DNA from: an uncultured Pseudomonadales bacterium
Lineage (GTDB): Bacteria > Patescibacteriota > Microgenomatia > UBA1400 > PJMF01
Direction of reading: 5' to 3'
Assembly (NCBI GenBank): GCA_964457085.1
Contig: CAYWDM010000002.1
Coordinates: 116,037-180,036 of the forward strand
DNA: 64,000 nt
The translations under genes and the position numbers were made by a program. The notes below the pieces were generated by a model, which worked only from the letters and a program-made list of their open reading frames with translations, was not told where the DNA came from and searched no databases. Below are positions 29,873 to 39,404 of this stretch, piece after piece; within the stretch, counting starts at the first letter, position 1, and each line of letters begins with the position of its first letter.

Positions 29873-30158
29873 GCGGATTATTGCTAAAAGAGTATGTGGT
29901 TACTCTTACAATTTGTCATTCCCACAGCTTATTAATTCGAGTGCATTGTAAAATATATTCGATTACGTAAAAATGTGTGAGATTAGCTTGATCTCTGGAT
30001 TTTTTTAATTTCATAAACTACAACACTGATTAAATTAGTGTTATTTATCAGTGTATCGAGAAATCGAGTGACTGGACAAGCAAAAACTGTGTGATTTGTC
30101 ACTGATTGTGTTGATAGGTGAGCATATAATTAAAGCATCAAATCCTAGAAAGGTACGT

Positions 30159-30770
30159 ATGTCGTTTACTTTATCTCCACTTCCTTACAACTATGCCGCC
30201 CTTGAGCCGCACTTTGATGAGCAAACCATGCGTGTCCATCACGACAAGCATCATCAAACCTATTTGGATAAACTAAATGAGGTGGTAGCCACTGAACCAG
30301 CACTGGTTGATATTGATGCTGAGCAGCTGATTGTCGAATTAAATTCTCTGGTTCCAGAACCGATTCGTCAAAAAATTAAAAATTTTGGTGGGGGATATAT
30401 AAATCACACTTTTTTCTTTGAGTCGTTTGCTCCAAACGCAGGTGGTGAGCCAGTTGGAGAGCTTGTCGAAGCAATTGAGCGTGATTTCGGCAATTTTGCT
30501 TCGTTCAAAGAACAATTTACCGCTGCTGCAACCACACTATTTGGTTCTGGGTGGGCATGGTTAGTTGTTGATCAAGATAAACTACGAATAATTACTACTA
30601 CCAATCAAGACTCACCCTTAACTCTTGGCTTGAAACCACTGCTTGGGATTGACGTTTGGGAGCATGCATATTATTTGAAGTATCAGAATAAGCGTCCAGA
30701 TTATATTGCCGCATTTTGGCAGGTTGTTGACTGGTCAGTGGTTTCGAAGCGATACACTCAAGCAAAATAA
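30159..30770 (+). CDS. sodA: Fe/Mn superoxide dismutase.
   Basis: LPYNYAALEPHFDEQTMRVHHDKHHQTY and the C-terminal DVWEHAYYL motif. An AAAGG RBS precedes the ATG at 30159. Confidence 0.93.
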   Translation: MSFTLSPLPYNYAALEPHFDEQTMRVHHDKHHQTYLDKLNEVVATEPALVDIDAEQLIVELNSLVPEPIRQKIKNFGGGYINHTFFFESFAPNAGGEPVGELVEAIERDFGNFASFKEQFTAAATTLFGSGWAWLVVDQDKLRIITTTNQDSPLTLGLKPLLGIDVWEHAYYLKYQNKRPDYIAAFWQVVDWSVVSKRYTQAK

Positions 30771-30782
30771 CTGACTTTCTTC

Positions 30783-31439
30783 GTGTTTTATTTCACTGTG
30801 TTTCAGGTGTATAAATCTGATAGAGTGAGGTTTGTTATTTACTCGGATTTATATATGTTGCAAGTTATTCTTGATGTCGAAACTAAGAAAACCTTTGAAG
30901 AAGTTGGAGGATATTTTCCTGACCGACTGGGCATTTCGTTCGTTGGCGTTTGTGTCAGGCAAAATTTTGGTGAAGCTGGTGAGTTTCAATCATATTTTGA
31001 GCGTGATTTGCCAAAGTTGTTTCCATTGTTAGAACGTGCAGATGTGGTGGTCGGTTTTAATATTGATGGGTTCGACATGCCCACTTTCACGAATTATTAC
31101 AGTGGTGACATCACTAAGATTCCAACCTTAGACGTAATGTCTAGAATTAAAGATAGCGTAGGGCATCGAATTGGTTTGGATGCAGTTGCTAAAGAGACAT
31201 TGGGCCAGGGTAAAACAGGTGATGGCTTGGATGCGATTAAATACTATAAGAATCAAGATTGGGAAAAACTTGAAAAATACTGTTTACAGGATGTGAAAGT
31301 TACCAGAGATGTTTTTGATTATGGGTATAAAAATGGCAAAGTGCTGTTTCGCAATAAATGGAATCGGTTGATTGACTGCCCAGTTGATTTTTCAATCAAA
31401 CCACAAAAAGATTCTGGGGTGCAAATGGCTTTATTGTAA
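30783..31439 (+). CDS. DEDD-family 3'-5' exonuclease-like protein (RNase H-like fold).
   Basis: ILDVET (Exo I), FNIDGFDMP (Exo II), and YCLQDVKVTRDVFDYG (Exo III YxxxD). The true start may be the ATG near 30855. Confidence 0.5.
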   Translation: MFYFTVFQVYKSDRVRFVIYSDLYMLQVILDVETKKTFEEVGGYFPDRLGISFVGVCVRQNFGEAGEFQSYFERDLPKLFPLLERADVVVGFNIDGFDMPTFTNYYSGDITKIPTLDVMSRIKDSVGHRIGLDAVAKETLGQGKTGDGLDAIKYYKNQDWEKLEKYCLQDVKVTRDVFDYGYKNGKVLFRNKWNRLIDCPVDFSIKPQKDSGVQMALL

Positions 31440-31466
31440 CTGCACGATTCCTAAAATTTTTAATAC

Positions 31467-32015
31467 ATGACCATTCAACAAAATACTCTGAATAAACCGC
31501 TGGTATGTTTTACGGCAGGTGGCTTGGTAATTCACCAGAAAAAAGTACTGTTGGTGAAGCATAAAAAACTGGGAATTTGGCTGGCCCCAGGTGGTCACTT
31601 GGAGGAAAATGAGTTACCACATCAGGCTGCGATTCGGGAAGTGTCCGAGGAGACAGGTATCATGGCTGCAATTACTAGCACTGTGTCCTTGCCATTTTCA
31701 AATGACTCAGAATACCAACCCACGCCACTGCTGGTTAATTTGCACTGGGTAGTGCAGGAAAATTATCAAGCTCGAATTCAGTCTATTGATCCGAGCAAGC
31801 CACACATCACGGAAAAGTGGAAACGTGGCTGTGAAAAACACTTAGTATGGATATATTTGATGAAGCCGGCAAGTGACTCAATCGATCTGAAAATTGATTT
31901 AAATGAGTCTACAGAAATTGGTTGGTTTGAGTCATCACAAATTGCGACACTTCAGACGACTGAAGATATTAAATCGGAGATTCAATTCGCTTTGCGATTT
32001 GTAGAAAAGAGTTGA
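31467..32015 (+). CDS. NUDIX hydrolase.
   Basis: Nudix box GGHLEENELPHQAAIREVSEETGI. Confidence 0.8.
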   Translation: MTIQQNTLNKPLVCFTAGGLVIHQKKVLLVKHKKLGIWLAPGGHLEENELPHQAAIREVSEETGIMAAITSTVSLPFSNDSEYQPTPLLVNLHWVVQENYQARIQSIDPSKPHITEKWKRGCEKHLVWIYLMKPASDSIDLKIDLNESTEIGWFESSQIATLQTTEDIKSEIQFALRFVEKS

Positions 32016-32053
32016 TTAACTAATTTTTTGTTGGAGTTGTAATCCTGGGTATC

Positions 32054-32590
32054 ATGATTGATGATATGGATATGCAAGAAGCACTCACTGTTCCACATCA
32101 ATTGACGTCACACACCAAGTTGCTACATAAGGTAGCTATTATTTGGCAGGGCAAAGTTTTACTGCTAAAACGATCTGTTCAAGCACTTTCTCGACCAAGT
32201 TGCTGGGATTTGCCAGGTGGGAATTCTGAGTGGCCAAGTGCCATTGCTGAGCCAACTGAGAATCTGTATCAATTAGATATTGCGCGTGAGATTTTGGAAG
32301 AAACTGGCATACAAGTTACTCCGAATGTTTTTGATACCCAGGCATTAGTTTTGTTTTATAGCTTTTTTGAACCAAAACGAGAAATTTACAGCATTATTTG
32401 TGGTTGGAGCTGCTCAAGTGATAAAATCGTGAGCTCTCTTGCAGCTGACCTACAGACGTCTGTGGTACTATCTGCCGAACACCAAGAATTTGTTTGGGCA
32501 ACTATCGATGAGTTGTCTCAATATGATTTTGGAGGTGTATCTGGAGATTTTGTACTTGAGATTGCCAAGAAAGCTTTAGAGCATACATAA
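32054..32590 (+). CDS. NUDIX hydrolase (second, diverged).
   Basis: LPGGNSEW...AREILEETGIQ, a Nudix-like box. Confidence 0.65.
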   Translation: MIDDMDMQEALTVPHQLTSHTKLLHKVAIIWQGKVLLLKRSVQALSRPSCWDLPGGNSEWPSAIAEPTENLYQLDIAREILEETGIQVTPNVFDTQALVLFYSFFEPKREIYSIICGWSCSSDKIVSSLAADLQTSVVLSAEHQEFVWATIDELSQYDFGGVSGDFVLEIAKKALEHT

Positions 32591-32596
32591 AAATAT

Positions 32597-33373
32597 ATGT
32601 CAAAAATAGAGCAATTATTATCTGTTGCTAACTTAGTGGTAACTATTGGAGATAAGCCAATTCTCAATGGTTTGGATTTGCAGATCAACAAAGGTGAATT
32701 CCACGTCTTGCTCGGACAAAATGGTTCAGGCAAATCTACATTTGCCAGCATTCTAGCTGGTGATCCTAGCTATGAGATTCAGAAAAATCCTAGTACAGTT
32801 TTGGAGTTTTCTGGACAATCATTATTGGAAGTCAGTGCTGATGAGCGGGCACGAAATGGTTTATTTATGGCTTTTCAACAACCTGTGGAAGTTCCTGGGG
32901 TTAAGGTACTCAATTTTTTGTGGGAGGCGTATAAAACTCGTTTTCCTGAAAAAACCGCCAGAAAATGGGTGACAATTGTGAATTTCCGAGATGCACTGCA
33001 AGTCTTAACAGAGGAACTGGGAATAAAATCTGAACTAATCATGCGCGGCTTGAATGAAGGTTTTAGCGGTGGAGAGAAAAAACGATTAGAAGTTGCACAG
33101 ATGATGATGCTGACTCCAACCTTGGCTATTTTAGATGAAATTGATTCCGGACTTGATGTCGATGCACTCAAACTTGTAGCCAGTGGAGTGCAGAAAGTTC
33201 GAAAACAACACAACACTGCTGTCTTGATGATTACACATCATCAACGAATTTTGCAGTATTTTAAGCCTGACAAAGTGCACGTGATGAACCAAGGAAGAAT
33301 AGTTGTCAGTGGTGGATATGAACTTGTGGAGCAAATTGAAAAAAATGGCTATGCCAGTGTCATCAAAGGATAG
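32597..33373 (+). CDS. sufC: Fe-S cluster assembly ATPase SufC.
   Basis: Walker A GQNGSGKST, ABC signature FSGGEKKR, Walker B ILDEIDSG. Confidence 0.9.
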   Translation: MSKIEQLLSVANLVVTIGDKPILNGLDLQINKGEFHVLLGQNGSGKSTFASILAGDPSYEIQKNPSTVLEFSGQSLLEVSADERARNGLFMAFQQPVEVPGVKVLNFLWEAYKTRFPEKTARKWVTIVNFRDALQVLTEELGIKSELIMRGLNEGFSGGEKKRLEVAQMMMLTPTLAILDEIDSGLDVDALKLVASGVQKVRKQHNTAVLMITHHQRILQYFKPDKVHVMNQGRIVVSGGYELVEQIEKNGYASVIKG

Positions 33374-33378
33374 TTTTA

Positions 33379-34827
33379 GTGTCACGATTTATTTCCAAAC
33401 CTAAGCTTAATGAAGAGACTACAATTAAAAGTGGCGACGATTTAATTGCAACTGAGTACGAGCATGGCTTTTCATATCCTACCGATGGTTATTCATTTAT
33501 CTCTAAACCAGGACTGAGTGAAAAAACAGTTTCAGAAATTTCGCATCTCAAGATTGAACCTGCTTGGATGAGCGACTATCGTTTGAAAGCATACCAACAG
33601 TTTTTGGCCAAGCCCATGCCGGCTTGGGGAGCAGATCTGAGTGAAATCGATTTTCAAACTATTCGGTATTATTTGCGTCCAACTGATGATGTGGCTGGAT
33701 CTTGGGATGATGTTCCTGCTGACGTCAAATTAACTTTTGAGAAGTTGGGAATTCCAGAAGCAGAACGCCAGGTTTTAGCAGGAGTTAAAGCTCAATATGA
33801 TAGCGAAGTGGTATACGGTTCGTTGCAAAAAGTGTGGCAACAGGATGGTGTCATTTTCCTCTCTATGGATGAAGCACTGCAGCAACATCCTGATTTAGTG
33901 AAGCAATATTTTGGTACTGTCATCAACAGTGATGACAATAAATTTGCAGCATTAAACAGTGCAGTATGGAGTGGTGGATCATTTGTGTATGTCCCTGCTG
34001 GAGTGCATGTCAAAATGCCACTGCAAACGTATTTCCGTATTAATTCAAAAAATGCTGGTCAATTTGAACGTACTCTAATTATTGTCGAGGAAGGTGCAAG
34101 TGTGCACTATGTTGAGGGTTGTACCGCTCCTAATTTTTCAGCCACATCACTTCATAGTGCAGTAGTTGAAATCATTATTAAAAAAGGTGCCCGGTGTCAG
34201 TACACCACTATCCAAAATTGGTATAAAAATATTTATAACTTAGTGACTAAACGTGCTTGGGTTGATAGTGAGGGCGAGATGATTTGGACCGATTGTAATA
34301 TCGGTTCAAAAGTTACCATGAAATATCCAGGCTTTGTGTTGGCAGGTAAGGGTGCTCGAGGTCAGGTGTTGTCCATGGCTTTAGCAGGTGCAGGTCAACA
34401 TCAAGATACTGGTGCTAAAGCAATTCATTTGGCACCGCATACTAGTTCCACAATCATCGCTAAATCAATAAGTAAAGCAGGTGGCCGCACCAGCTATCGT
34501 GGTATGGTGAACATTGGTCCGTATGCGACTCAAAGTAAAAATACTGTGGTTTGTGATGCATTAATTTTAGATGCACAGTCGCGATCAGATACTTATCCTG
34601 TAGATCGGATTTTTAATCATGATGTTGAAATCCAGCATGAAGCTACGGTTTCTAAAATTGGTGATGATCAACTTTTTTATTTAATGAGTCGTGGTATTTC
34701 CGAAGAAGATGCTCGAAAAATGATTGTTAATGGTTTTATGGCAGATTTGGTTCAAAAACTACCTTTAGAATATGCAGTCGAAATGAATCGGTTGATTGAT
34801 TTTGAAATGGAAGGCAGCGTGGGCTAA
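33379..34827 (+). CDS. sufB: Fe-S cluster assembly protein SufB.
   Basis: 482 aa with a SufB/SufD beta-helix C-terminal region, between sufC and sufD. Non-ATG (GTG) start. Confidence 0.85.
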   Translation: MSRFISKPKLNEETTIKSGDDLIATEYEHGFSYPTDGYSFISKPGLSEKTVSEISHLKIEPAWMSDYRLKAYQQFLAKPMPAWGADLSEIDFQTIRYYLRPTDDVAGSWDDVPADVKLTFEKLGIPEAERQVLAGVKAQYDSEVVYGSLQKVWQQDGVIFLSMDEALQQHPDLVKQYFGTVINSDDNKFAALNSAVWSGGSFVYVPAGVHVKMPLQTYFRINSKNAGQFERTLIIVEEGASVHYVEGCTAPNFSATSLHSAVVEIIIKKGARCQYTTIQNWYKNIYNLVTKRAWVDSEGEMIWTDCNIGSKVTMKYPGFVLAGKGARGQVLSMALAGAGQHQDTGAKAIHLAPHTSSTIIAKSISKAGGRTSYRGMVNIGPYATQSKNTVVCDALILDAQSRSDTYPVDRIFNHDVEIQHEATVSKIGDDQLFYLMSRGISEEDARKMIVNGFMADLVQKLPLEYAVEMNRLIDFEMEGSVG

Positions 34828-35324
34828 TGTCATTGAAACTATTCAAGCATTCCATTGAGAGTCACCAGGAAACTGAGATTGTTCTGGATCAACCAGGTCG
34901 TTATGAAGTGCGGCTAGTGGGTGAGTACGCCAGCGTGAAGGTTAGTGGCAGATTCCAATTAGTTGGCACAGATGCCGAACAATATCAGGTCATTTTGTAT
35001 CATCAAGCTCCGCACACGACTGCCAACACTTCACTACTGGGTACTGTTGATGACCGAGCATTTCTACGTATCCAAGGCAAAATTATTATCGAGGAAAATT
35101 GCCACGATTCCCAATCATTTTTAACCGAACGAATTTTGTTATTATCAGCGACTGCAAAAGCTGAAGTGGTTCCTGATTTAGAAATTCTCAATCATGAAGT
35201 TAAGTGCTCTCATGCTGCAAGTTTAAGTAGAATTCCTGATGCTCAGATTTTTTACCTGCAAAGTCGTGGCATTACAGCAAACAAAGCTAAACAATTAATT
35301 GCAGCAGGTTTCTTGTTACAATAG
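34827..35324 (+). CDS. sufD: Short SufD-like protein (SufBD beta-helix core only, 165 aa).
   Basis: Position after sufB with an overlapping start/stop; the C-terminal FYLQSRGI motif is shared with SufB (FYLMSRGI). Confidence 0.7.
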   Translation: MSLKLFKHSIESHQETEIVLDQPGRYEVRLVGEYASVKVSGRFQLVGTDAEQYQVILYHQAPHTTANTSLLGTVDDRAFLRIQGKIIIEENCHDSQSFLTERILLLSATAKAEVVPDLEILNHEVKCSHAASLSRIPDAQIFYLQSRGITANKAKQLIAAGFLLQ

Positions 35325-35332
35325 CAATAACT

Positions 35333-36595
35333 ATGACTGAGCTCACCGCAAATTCTTGGAATGTGACTAAGGATTTCCCTTTTATTAATCACCCAGAGAA
35401 TAAAGACTTAATATATTTTGATAGTGCTGCCACCAGTCAAAAACCGGGCAGCGTCATCGATGCTATCTCAACTTATTACCAATTTGGAGTGGCAAACGTG
35501 CATCGTGGTGTTCACCGTTTATCAGATCGAAGCACACAACTTTGGGAACAGAGTTGTCAACAAGTTGCACAGTTTCTAGGAGCAGATGCAAACGAGTTAA
35601 TTATTACTCGCAATGCCACTGAAGCACTCAATGGAGTGGCCTATGGGTGGGGTGAACAACATGTTGTGGCTGGGGATGTTCTGTTGGTGTCAGGACTAGA
35701 ACATCATGCAAATTTAGTACCATGGCAGGAATTGGCAAAACGAAAAAATGCGGTTTTGAAAATCATTGAAGTTGATCAAAATGGTCAGATTGATATAACC
35801 AAGGTGGAACAAATGTTGAAGGATTTACCAGTGAAGCTAATCGCTGTTGGTCATGTTTCAAACGTACTTGGCAGTGTTTTACCAATTAAAGAAATTGCCA
35901 CACTCATAAAAAAATATAATCATAAAAATGCTCGATTGACTCGTCTAGCAGTCGATGGTGCACAGGCTGTGCCACATATTGCTGTTAGTTTTAAGGAACT
36001 TGGTGCAGATTTTTATGCGTTCAGTGGCCACAAACTCTATGGCCCAATGGGAATTGGAGGATTATTGGTGAAGAAAGAGTTATTGGAGAGTAATGAGATG
36101 CTACCATGGCTATTTGGTGGCGGCATGATTGATTGGGTTACATCAGAAAGTGCTGCTTTTGCAAATAACCCCAATGATCGATTCACGGCAGGTACTCCTG
36201 ATGTTGCCTCAGCCATAGGTTTGGCAGCAGCAACAAAATATCTGAGTGACCTGGGAATGGCAAGAGTTGCAGACCATGAGCAAGAACTGGTGCATGCTGC
36301 CTACCAGCTACTTTCAAAAAACCCAGAAATCTCAGTGATTGGCCCAAATCCAGATACATATCAACGAATTGGTTCTGTGGCTTTTACTCACACCTATGCA
36401 CATGCACACGACATTGCTCAAGTATTTAATAGTTTTGGAATAGCAGTTAGGTCTGGGCATCATTGTGCCATGCCACTACACATTCAATTTAATTGGCAAG
36501 CTACCACAAGAATTAGTTTTGGAGTTTACAATACTAGTGCACAGGTGAGTCGTTTGCAAATTGCAATTGATAAAATAAACACCATGTTTCGTTGA
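35333..36595 (+). CDS. sufS: Cysteine desulfurase SufS (class V aminotransferase).
   Basis: PLP-lysine region SGHKLYGPMGIGGL; catalytic Cys region HHCAMP. Confidence 0.9.
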   Translation: MTELTANSWNVTKDFPFINHPENKDLIYFDSAATSQKPGSVIDAISTYYQFGVANVHRGVHRLSDRSTQLWEQSCQQVAQFLGADANELIITRNATEALNGVAYGWGEQHVVAGDVLLVSGLEHHANLVPWQELAKRKNAVLKIIEVDQNGQIDITKVEQMLKDLPVKLIAVGHVSNVLGSVLPIKEIATLIKKYNHKNARLTRLAVDGAQAVPHIAVSFKELGADFYAFSGHKLYGPMGIGGLLVKKELLESNEMLPWLFGGGMIDWVTSESAAFANNPNDRFTAGTPDVASAIGLAAATKYLSDLGMARVADHEQELVHAAYQLLSKNPEISVIGPNPDTYQRIGSVAFTHTYAHAHDIAQVFNSFGIAVRSGHHCAMPLHIQFNWQATTRISFGVYNTSAQVSRLQIAIDKINTMFR

Positions 36596-36960
36596 TGTCT
36601 GATATCTACGCCGAATTGTTACTTGAATCCGCAAAGCATCCCGAGCATTATAAATTGCTCGATGATTTTACCGCCACTGCTGAAGGATTTAATGCATCCT
36701 GTGGAGATAAAATTCAGGTGACTCTTAAAGTAACAAATGAAATAATTACTGATGTTGGTTGGATCGGTCAGGGCTGTGTAATCAGTAGAGCTCATATGAG
36801 CGTGTTGTCAGAACTGATGATTGGAAAAAAAATTTCCGAAATTTTAAAAATGGAAAAAAAAGATTTATTGCAGTTTTTTGGATTTGATGAAACCTTATCA
36901 CCGGGACGTGATAAATGTTTATTGATTGGTTTGAATACGGTTAAGTTAGCATTGAAATAA
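36592..36960 (+). CDS. sufU: SufU/IscU-like sulfur acceptor scaffold.
   Basis: Conserved cysteines (CGDKIQV, GQGCVIS); overlaps the sufS stop. Confidence 0.8.
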   Translation: MMSDIYAELLLESAKHPEHYKLLDDFTATAEGFNASCGDKIQVTLKVTNEIITDVGWIGQGCVISRAHMSVLSELMIGKKISEILKMEKKDLLQFFGFDETLSPGRDKCLLIGLNTVKLALK

Positions 36961-36982
36961 TAATTTATTTTTTTACATCGCT

Positions 36983-37540
36983 ATGTATTTTTTTGTTGGA
37001 TCAAACAATCCAGTTAAATTACAAGCCGCCAAAATGGCAGGCATTTCCAGTTGGCCTGATTTACAGGTTTCCGGATATTCAGTTCCTAGTGGTGTTTCTG
37101 ACCAACCACGAACTGACAGTGAGACTAAGACTGGTGCAGCTAATAGAGCAGCAGCTGCATTGATTGCTGGTCGCAGGGCTAATAGTTCGACTAAGATTGA
37201 AGCATTGGGATTGGGACTAGAAGGTGGGGTATTTGTTCAGGATGGTGAGTTATGGTCTACAGTTTGGGTGGCTGTAACGGATGGCACAGAGACGTATTTT
37301 GCGAACGGAGCACGTTTCAAAATTCCTGACGCAATCGCACAGCCAATAGTTGCTGGAGAAGAAATGGGTATTGTTGTCGGTAAACTATTACAGAATCCAT
37401 TAATAAAACAGCAGCAAGGTATGATCGGAGTGGTCACAAAAAACTTTGTCGATCGCACAGAGGAATATGCGGCTCTGACAAAACTTGCAGTTGGTTTGTG
37501 GTATGGTAGAGACTGGGAATCTGTACAGCTTCGTAAGTGA
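36983..37540 (+). CDS. Non-canonical purine NTPase-like protein (YjjX/Ham1-Maf superfamily); tentative.
   Basis: N-terminal FVGSNNPVKLQAAK resembles the YjjX GSxNPxK motif. Confidence 0.45.
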   Translation: MYFFVGSNNPVKLQAAKMAGISSWPDLQVSGYSVPSGVSDQPRTDSETKTGAANRAAAALIAGRRANSSTKIEALGLGLEGGVFVQDGELWSTVWVAVTDGTETYFANGARFKIPDAIAQPIVAGEEMGIVVGKLLQNPLIKQQQGMIGVVTKNFVDRTEEYAALTKLAVGLWYGRDWESVQLRK

Positions 37541-38259
37541 CAAAAAACAATATGACTCAAAAACCTCAGCAATTTATCTGCAGATTGCAGGAAAAGAAGA
37601 TCTTGAATGAGCGATTTGTTCAGTATAATTTTGAACTAGTTCAGCCAAATGCAATTCATTTTTTAGCCGGTCAGCATGTATCGGTCCAAGTTAGTGAGGG
37701 AGGAGATCAGCGTGCTTACACAATTGTGAGTACTCCAGAAATTACACATGGGTTTGAGTTACTTGTTGAACACATTCCAGGTGGAATTGGTTCGCTCTAT
37801 TTCCAACAATTACAACTTGGCGATCAAATAAAAATCTTAGAACCTACTGGCCAGTTTACGCTTGATTTTGCTGAACCAGAGTTTGCGTTTGTGGCTACAG
37901 GTTCTGGAATAGCTCCATTTAGAAGCATGATTTTGCAATTATTACAGCAACAGCGATTCAGTAAACCAATCACATTGTATTGGGGCATGAAGACTGTAGC
38001 AGATATGGTTTGGGAAACTGAATTTCAAGAATTAATGACTGCATTTCCCAACTTTAAATTCCACCCAACACTCTCTCAAAGTCCGACAGAGTGGCCACTT
38101 TGTAGGGGGAGAGTAACTGATTGCCTTTCAATTCACGAAATTTCAACTGCAGCAGGATATTATTTGTGTGGCGGTACACCAATGATTCTAGATGTCAAAG
38201 AATTACTGAAAAAACGGGGAGTGAATAACGATAACATTCACTACGAAAAATTCTTTTAG
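37537..38259 (+). CDS. FAD/NAD(P)-binding oxidoreductase of the ferredoxin-NADP reductase family.
   Basis: RAYTIVS (RxYS FAD motif), GSGIAPFRSM (NAD-binding) and C-terminal YLCGGTPM. Confidence 0.75.
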   Translation: MTKNNMTQKPQQFICRLQEKKILNERFVQYNFELVQPNAIHFLAGQHVSVQVSEGGDQRAYTIVSTPEITHGFELLVEHIPGGIGSLYFQQLQLGDQIKILEPTGQFTLDFAEPEFAFVATGSGIAPFRSMILQLLQQQRFSKPITLYWGMKTVADMVWETEFQELMTAFPNFKFHPTLSQSPTEWPLCRGRVTDCLSIHEISTAAGYYLCGGTPMILDVKELLKKRGVNNDNIHYEKFF

Positions 38260-38281
38260 TTACAAGAAAATTCCAAATAAA

Positions 38282-39394
38282 TTAAATAGAGGCAGTCAGT
38301 AGTAAATTTGTTTCAAATGAACGTAGCTGAGTGGTGTTGTCTCGCGATTGAGTGAGAGCAATCTCCACTAGTCTATCAATCAACTGCGGATATGATGTAC
38401 CACTGGGTTCCCACAGATAGAAACTCATGCTTCCTGGAATTGTATTTAGTTCAGTTAGAAAAATTTCACTAGTTGTTTGATTGACAAAGAAATCGATTCG
38501 CACCACACCTGTGCAATCAAAAATCTTGAAAACATGTAGAGCAACTTCATGCAGTTTTGCTAGAGTAGAGCTACTGATTGGTGCTGGGATACGTCTAGTA
38601 GCACTAGCCATGCCAGATTTTTTGCCACCACCTCGTTGATATTTATCGACAAAACTCAAGAACTCATCGGCTTTAATTGGCTGCTCAGCTACTGAAGCTT
38701 CAGCATGAGTTTGGTCACCAAGTACTGAGATATTAATCTCAATGCAGTCTTTTACTTCAGCTTCCACAATAACTCGGTCATCAAACTGAAGTGCAAACTC
38801 AATTGCTGCATCAAGATCTAATTGTTGGCTGACTCGCTTAATACCAATACTTGATCCAGAGTTAGCAGGCTTCACGAAAACTGGTAGCCCGAGTCGACCC
38901 AATTTAGTAGTTATCTCTGATTTTTTACTCAGCCAATCATGTTTCGTGAGCCATTCAAAATCAGTTTGTCCGATATGTTCTGCAGCTAAGATTTGTCTGG
39001 TAACAATTTTATCAAAACCTATAGCAGATGATAGGACGCCAGGTCCCTGATAAGGAATGCCGGCAAGTTCCAACACTCCTTGAATTGGGCCACTCTCACC
39101 ATTTGTACCATGGAAGCAGAGCAATGCCACATCAAGCTGTTTTGTGTCAGGATGATTTAGATCTAATATAAATGGAGTTAGTCCGGTAGGTTTAAATAGA
39201 TCAGCTGTACGGAAATAGGCCAGTGTTGCTACTTGATCTCCAATCCACCATTTTCCAGTTTTATCAATGTAAATTGGTGTGGGTTCATACTTGGCGGGGT
39301 CAACTTTTTTAAGTAACTGTAGACCGGTGATGATTGAAACCTCGTGTTCTACCGACACACCTCCAAACAAGACGCCAAGTTTAAGTTTTGTCAT
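38282..39394 (-). CDS. ddl: D-alanine--D-alanine ligase.
   Basis: MTKLKLGVLFGGVSVEHEVSIITG N-terminus, ATP-grasp motifs. Confidence 0.9.
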   Translation of the reverse strand: MTKLKLGVLFGGVSVEHEVSIITGLQLLKKVDPAKYEPTPIYIDKTGKWWIGDQVATLAYFRTADLFKPTGLTPFILDLNHPDTKQLDVALLCFHGTNGESGPIQGVLELAGIPYQGPGVLSSAIGFDKIVTRQILAAEHIGQTDFEWLTKHDWLSKKSEITTKLGRLGLPVFVKPANSGSSIGIKRVSQQLDLDAAIEFALQFDDRVIVEAEVKDCIEINISVLGDQTHAEASVAEQPIKADEFLSFVDKYQRGGGKKSGMASATRRIPAPISSSTLAKLHEVALHVFKIFDCTGVVRIDFFVNQTTSEIFLTELNTIPGSMSFYLWEPSGTSYPQLIDRLVEIALTQSRDNTTQLRSFETNLLLTASI

Positions 39395-39404
39395 AATTTA
39401 ATTC

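Noticed and set aside
29978-30007. Hairpin GAGAU-uagcuug-AUCUC followed by a T-run, a possible terminator for the aldolase-like gene.
   Set aside because: The stem is only 5 bp and it sits about 100 bp after the stop. It is plausible but weak, so I did not list it as a feature.
30095-30130. Sigma70 promoter for sodA (TATAAT at 30125-30130).
   Set aside because: A good -10 hexamer is present, but no -35 element at 16-18 nt spacing (only cTGAtt, a 3/6 match). This is too weak to report as a feature.
30096-30158. N-terminal 21-aa extension of SOD (and similarly 9298-9357 for S15).
   Set aside because: Conserved protein N-termini (MSFTLSPLPY for SOD, MALDK for S15) start at internal ATGs with RBSs. 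The extensions run through promoter-like AT-rich DNA.
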